64,000 nucleotides of DNA from NCBI GenBank assembly GCA_964016885.1, contig OZ024743.1, positions 157,046,001 through 157,110,000 on the forward strand, read 5' to 3'. Position 1 is the stretch's first letter. Each line of letters starts with the position of its first letter. The notes beneath the pieces were generated by a model that ran no database searches, was not told the DNA's origin, and was given only the letters and a program-made list of their open reading frames with translations. Of the stretch, positions 58,539 to 64,000 are shown piece after piece. The DNA comes from Eledone cirrhosa. Taxonomy: Eukaryota. The position numbers and the translations under genes were made by a program.

Positions 58539-59244
58539 GCTGGTGAATTCGAGAAGGAGAGGGGTGCCCTTCCCGGGTGCCCTAGGAGCGTCGGGTGGCT
58601 CAGGACTGGTGGGGTGCTTGAGTCAACCCTGGGTGGTGATCCCTCTTATTGGGGAACTTTCATTGTTGTATTTTTATTGTTATTTTGTTTTTTGTTATTT
58701 ATACTTACTCGATCTCTATGTAAACCCCCACTGTCCCTGTCTATTGTGTTGTCCCCTATATGTCGGCCCTTGTGGCCAATAAATGAAATCATTATTATTA
58801 TTATTATTTTCATTCCTATCATGCTTATTTTTGTATTCAAACTCTTAATAAGGTTTAATTTGTGCAGTTGAAGATGGATGTGTGTATTGTTGTATGTGTA
58901 TGTGTGTGTACGTGTGCGCACATATATACATATGCATATTGTATCTTTTTATTTTTATTGTAATTTTAATGTTGGTAACGGTATATTATATTATATTATA
59001 TTATATTACATTGTATTATATATAATTCCTGCTCTATATAACCACCTTTGCTTAGCTGTAGGTTTTTTGCTTTGGACTATATTTGTAATATGGTTCTTAA
59101 TGTTATATACATCCTTAGTAATTTTTATTATATATTTTTATTATTTTTATTATATATTTTTGCAATATTTTAGTGTATGTGCACTCCATATTCTTCGGAG
59201 CTTCGGGCCTGTATCTGCCGATATTACTTCTTGTTGTTTTAATT

Positions 59245-59282
59245 GCCCTGATGAGTCCTTAATGGGACGAAACATTGTCGGC
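59245..59282 (+). ncRNA. Minimal type I hammerhead ribozyme
   Basis: GCC CUGAUGA GUCCU uaau GGGAC GAAA C auu GUC GGC: complete core, GUC triplet at 59277-59279, followed by AATAAA 59284-59289 and (TA)n. Confidence 0.85.
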
Positions 59283-59337
59283 TAATAAAGACTTTTGATG
59301 TATTGAAGGCTCCTTTGTTTTACTCTCTTAATACATA

Positions 59338-59378
<41 letters not shown>

Positions 59379-59427
59379 AGAGAAAGAGAAGCCGATATTA
59401 CAGAAAGCATATGTTCCATCATTATTG

Positions 59428-59608
59428 CTGGATTGGCAGCGTCGGTAGAGGGTCGGACGCCATGCTTTGACGCATAGAGTTACGGCCATTGCCATTCTGA
59501 GTTCAAATCCTGCCGAGGTTAACTTTGCCTTTCATCCTTACGGGGTCGATAAAATAAAGTACCAGTAATGTACTGATATTTGCTGGCCTTGTGCCAAAAG
59601 TACAAACA
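59428..59608 (+). mobile_element. SINE family 1, full length
   Basis: tggcagcgtcggtag...gagttcaaatcc...gcctttcatcc...ggccttgtgccaaaagtacaaaca; flanked by attatt(g/a)ctgg repeats. Confidence 0.85.
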
Positions 59609-60087
59609 ATTATTACTGGCTAAAGAATAAAGAGGAGAGTAGCCAAGCTATCTTGTCAAGTATTCTGAATACATTCTACGAGAATTAAGTTTCACAATGT
59701 TGAGTTTTGGTGTGGAGCAAACCCGAGCCGCTAGAAAGGAATTCGGTTTAAATCATATATATATACATACATAGAAAGAAAAAGATTGAGAGATAGAAAG
59801 GGTGAGAGATCGAGATCAGTTCTCTCATCTAGAATCTATGGACCCTTCCTCGATGAGATATATTGAACGTGTTAATCAATATGCCGTGCAGGAACATTTC
59901 TCGTATGATTCTAATATGTTGGAGTTCTCATTACGCAATGGATAAAATGAAACAAAGTTAAAGAGATCAACAAATGGAACAAAGCAATTAACTCTGTTGC
60001 TTCCGTAATAATTCCAAAAGCAACTTGTTACTATGTACACTGTACATATACACATACATGTACACTCATATGTATGTTTATGTATAA

Positions 60088-60159
<72 letters not shown>

Positions 60160-60399
60160 GCTTACAATTATTTTGGGCAAGAATGATGTAAAAATACTTA
60201 CTCCAATATTTGATTTTAGTTTTAAATCTTTAATTTTTAGTTTTTAACTCCTATTAATTCTTTTTAATTTTTTATTTCAATACTACACATTTGATAAGAT
60301 GAATTTTAATAATACACCGAAACCGGTAATACTTTCTATACTTTATATACATAATAAAACATTTAAAAAAATAATTGTCCCACTCATATTTCCAATAAT

Positions 60400-60580
60400 T
60401 GTTTCTACTTTTGACACAAGGCCAGCAATTACCCAGTGCATTAATGGTGTTTTATTTTATCGACCCCGTAAGGATGAAAGGCAAAGTTAACCTCGGCGGG
60501 ATTTGAACTCAGACCAAAAAGGACCGTAACTCTGCTGCAAAGCATGGTGTCCGACTTTCTACCGATACTGCCAATCCACG
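60400..60580 (-). mobile_element. SINE family 1, full length
   Basis: Same sequence as 9279-9463; 3' end joined to aataat. Confidence 0.85.
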
Positions 60581-60679
60581 AATGTCAGCATTTCAATAAT
60601 GTGACTTTGACGAATCAAAGACAGGATAAAAAAAGAAAAACAGACCCTTAAATATATTTTCCGTGCTATCTCCGACTTC

Positions 60680-60682
<3 letters not shown>

Positions 60683-60726
<44 letters not shown>

Positions 60727-60739
60727 TATATATATATAT

Positions 60740-60791
<52 letters not shown>

Positions 60792-60811
60792 GAGAGAGTG
60801 AGAGAGATATA

Positions 60812-60850
<39 letters not shown>
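60683..60850. repeat. (CT)n/(TA)n/(GA)n microsatellite block
   Basis: Direct reading. Confidence 0.95.
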
Positions 60851-60854
<4 letters not shown>

Positions 60855-61593
60855 ATATCCACGGTCAGTTGTGGGCTCTAGTCTGCACAAAGAACTCAAT
60901 GTAATCCATATGTTGAAAATGTTGTAGGTTAAAATAAATCCCGGAAAACAATAAAACATCGAAAGGGAAACAGAGTGATGATATAAGTTAAAACAATGAA
61001 ATAAAAATTTAAGTCATTAGAAATATACTTCACTGATTTACGATCGTTTCTAGGTAATAATAATACATCGTACGGATATTTCGTTATCGATCTATGTAGG
61101 GTTAGATACAAAATATCAAATAAGGAATATATTTACCTACGTGTTTATCATCAGCCGTTGTCAAAAGCAATGAAAATGTTATTCAAAATCAATAGTAAAT
61201 TGAGTTATATGACCTTATTTGGAGGTAGCTGAAGAACAAACCAATCAAATGGTTTTTGCCATATGATGTTAAGATGAAATATTACTCGCTTTAGTTGAGG
61301 TCATGACCCTTTGAAAGGAATAGTTGATTGGTGTTAAAAATAGAATTACTATAAAAAAAATCTATGAGGAAAAGGGATTGTTATATTGATAGTGGAATGT
61401 AGATGGTGGAGTGAAGTTTAAAAAGGAATGTAAAAATTAAATGTTGAGTTGTGTTGTATAGAATTTTAAGGTGAATATAAATAAGTAAATATAAAATATA
61501 CAGAGATAACTAGGATAAATATAGATAGGTAATGTAATGGTCATAACTAGGAAGGATAGTATATTAAAAGATTGAAAATTATATTAAGATAAT

Positions 61594-61775
61594 TGTTTCT
61601 ACTTTAGGCACAAGGCCAGCAATTCACCAGTACATTACTGCCACTTTATTTTATCGTTTATCAACCCCGTAAGGATGAAAGGCAAAGTTAACCTCGGCCG
61701 GATTTGAACTCAGATCGTAAAGGGACGTAACTATGCTGGAAAGCATGTCCGACCCTCTACCGATACTGCCAATTC
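61594..61775 (-). mobile_element. SINE family 1 with 8-bp TSD
   Basis: TSD aagataat at 61586-61593 and 61776-61783. Confidence 0.85.
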
Positions 61776-62423
61776 AAGATAATAAAATATAATAATATAA
61801 TAATATATTATAATGTAAAATAATATAGTACAGTATGGTACATTGTATATAGTATAATATAGCGTATGATGCATCATAAAATATAAAATAGTAAACATTT
61901 TCAAGTATAAGTAATCAAGTATAAGTAATCAAACTCAAATAAACTCATGTTGACATATAGTCAAAACGCATAATTTTCTTAGATTACAAAAGTACATATA
62001 TTCAGATATATAGATAGAGGTGTAATTACATTGATACTCCATTAAAAACATACATACGCATACATAGATATAAACATATACATATACATACACGTACACA
62101 AACATATATATATTTATATACAAACTTATACATACATATATACATGTACACACACATACATGTACATACACATATACACATATATATATATATGTATACA
62201 CATATATATATATATACTCTTATCATACACACATAGATACATGTATACCCATGCAACAGGTGGTTATGTACAGTGATGCCCTTAGTCAGTAACGCATGAA
62301 TCTATGGAAGCTAAAAAATTAAAAGGTTAAAAAAACAATAAACAGGAAGGCGTATAATTAGGGAAAGGGGATACTAACAAATGGTACGTCACATAGAACT
62401 ATAGTGAGTTGCTATTTAGAATG

Positions 62424-62900
62424 TTAATTTGGTTTATAGTACTTAAATGTTTTTCGTATACGGTGATTACAAGCTATAATCAGTTCCTGTCTTTTATTCA
62501 ATAAATCGTCCTTAGATTTAGTAATTTCCAAGATCTCCCCGGAACGTAATCTGTATTCTCTTCTGTTCCCAAGATATGGAGTTCTTTGCAGAATGGTATT
62601 CACGATATCTTGAAATGTATTTTTTTTCTTTTTATAGTTATTTACTGCTTCAGCTAAAGATGTGGTGTTAGCTAGTTTAGAATTGTTAAAGCTACTGGAG
62701 TGTGCGTAATATCTTTTCTTAAATGTGTTCGATATAGATCCTATATATGATTTATTGGAGTCAGTAGTAGACACAGTGCATTTATATATTACATTTTTAA
62801 TTAAACAGTTGCTATTTAAGGGGCAAACGCTTCTATTTCTGCAATTACAACCATACGTAAGATGGTCGTTGTGGGTGCCTACATAATTTTCATTAATTCT
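62424..62900 (-). pseudogene. Penelope-like element GIY-YIG endonuclease C-terminal fragment, bracketed by inverted repeats
   Basis: Minus strand GCNCRNRSVCPLNSNCLIKNVIYKCTVSTTDSNKSYIGSISNTFKKRYYAH...LLNKRQELIIACNH. Inverted arms at 61539-61905 and 63085-64000. Confidence 0.85.
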
Positions 62901-63206
62901 TGAGCTATTCTTATTGTAATTAATGTTTGAAAGAGAATGAATGCTGCTTTGTGGGTGATTTAGTGCTGGGGTTGTATTGTGATTTTGTGTTATGTTGATT
63001 TTGTGTTGGTGGTTTGGGTGGTTGTGTTTTCCAGGTTGAAGGATTGTATTATTTGTCCTTTTAAAAGGTGGTCTTATTTAAATTATGTTGAAAATATTTA
63101 TTATTGTATATTCTATGATGCATCATACGCTATATTATACTATATACAATGTACCATACTGTACTATATTATATTACATCATATTATATTATTATATTTT
63201 ATTATC

Positions 63207-63940
63207 CAGTACAACCTGTCTCATGGTCGGGTCGTTGGCGACTAAACTGGCAACCCCACCAAGATTTCCTGGTGAGGAGGGTGACTTTAGACATCCTGCA
63301 GGACTAAAAATAAAACCTGTCAAAGGGCAAAGGAACTCCTGGGAGCTCTTAGAGCTCTTGGAGTCAATGGCCATCCAAAACCAGCACGGCCCGCCGAAAG
63401 GCGCTGCAGTGCCGGAAAAGTCACATTCTCTGACTTTACTTCCTGCTACTAGTATGCTGGTAAGCTAGTACAACGTATCTCCAGACGGATAGAGTGGGTC
63501 CGTAGCTTTGGTTAGCGACTACTCTAGTGCTTGCAACACGAACAATTAGGGCGAGGGTATAAATTCCAGGTTGGTATCTGGCGCCGTGTTACCCACCACA
63601 CGGAGGAGAAAGCACTTTCTTCAAGACTTGGCTGTCAAATTCTTTCACATGTGTGTAGTAGTGGCGCCCACACACATTATTAGCTATTTGAAAAGATGAT
63701 GGATTTCGTAACTAACTGCACCAGGGATCCTGTTCCTCAGGAAACCACACTATACGGTATACCTGTTGATATAGGTCCAGCCCCTGCTTTCCCGGGTCCT
63801 GTTTCTGATCATAATGATCTCTAGGGATACGGGAAACAGTAGACAGGACCTGGGGGCAGCGATGGGGGACAGGGAATTCTGGGGCATGAGAGTGAGATCC
63901 ATCATCTCAACAGTAGTCGAAGAATGATGATGATGATGAT
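63207..63940 (+). mobile_element. Internally deleted, non-autonomous RTE-type element with (GAT)n tail
   Basis: GC-richer 5' UTR, remnant APE start (..NTRTIR), RTE-like C-terminus ISRDTGNSRQDLGAAMGDREFW, (GAT)n tail, and a 13-bp TSD atatttta(t/a)tatc at 63194-63206 and 63939-63951. Confidence 0.7.
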
Positions 63941-64000
63941 ATTTTAATATCTTAATATAATTTTCATCTTTTAATATACTATCCTTCCTAGTTATGACCA

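Larger units (their letters stand above)
35447..58808 (+). repeat. Head-to-tail tandem array of four full-length Tx1-type LINEs
   Basis: Unit starts at 35447, 41289, 47130 and 52968 (periods 5842, 5841, 5838). Linkers are (ATT)6 35429-35446, (ATT)6 41271-41288, (ATT)6 47112-47129, (ATT)5 52953-52967 and (ATT)6 58791-58808. Confidence 0.97.
52968..58808 (+). mobile_element. Tx1-type LINE copy 4 (most divergent; ORF1 frameshift)
   Basis: Full length, with several private substitutions and homopolymer indels. Confidence 0.95.

Noticed and set aside
35429-58808. Telomeric retrotransposon array, LTR element or CRISPR-like array
   Set aside because: The array is interstitial with ordinary DNA on both sides. 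There are no TTAGGG-type repeats, LTRs or integrase, and no repeat-spacer pattern or cas genes.

Overview
This is AT-rich, microsatellite-dense eukaryotic DNA made almost entirely of transposons. The abundant tRNA-derived SINE looks like a cephalopod (octopus-like) repeat, which is an inference from memory. No host gene can be called with confidence. The dominant feature is a 23.4-kb head-to-tail array (35447-58808) of four nearly identical full-length L1/Tx1-type LINEs of about 5.84 kb each. Each has a 636-aa ORF1 with a CCHC knuckle and a 1139-aa ORF2 (APE-RT-CCHC). The copies are separated and flanked only by (ATT)5-6. Older, divergent and truncated relatives are also stacked head-to-tail at (ATT)n (about 226-8030), and a SINE whose 3' end resembles the LINE 3' end inserts at ATTATT (ATTATC in one copy) with 8-17 bp TSDs. 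Together these suggest an (ATT)n-targeting LINE/SINE system whose target is regenerated at every insertion. The window also contains decayed R4/Dong-like LINEs on the opposite strand of the same microsatellites, Penelope-like elements with hammerhead ribozyme motifs and inverted pseudo-LTRs, a decayed Tc1/mariner, and an internally deleted RTE element.
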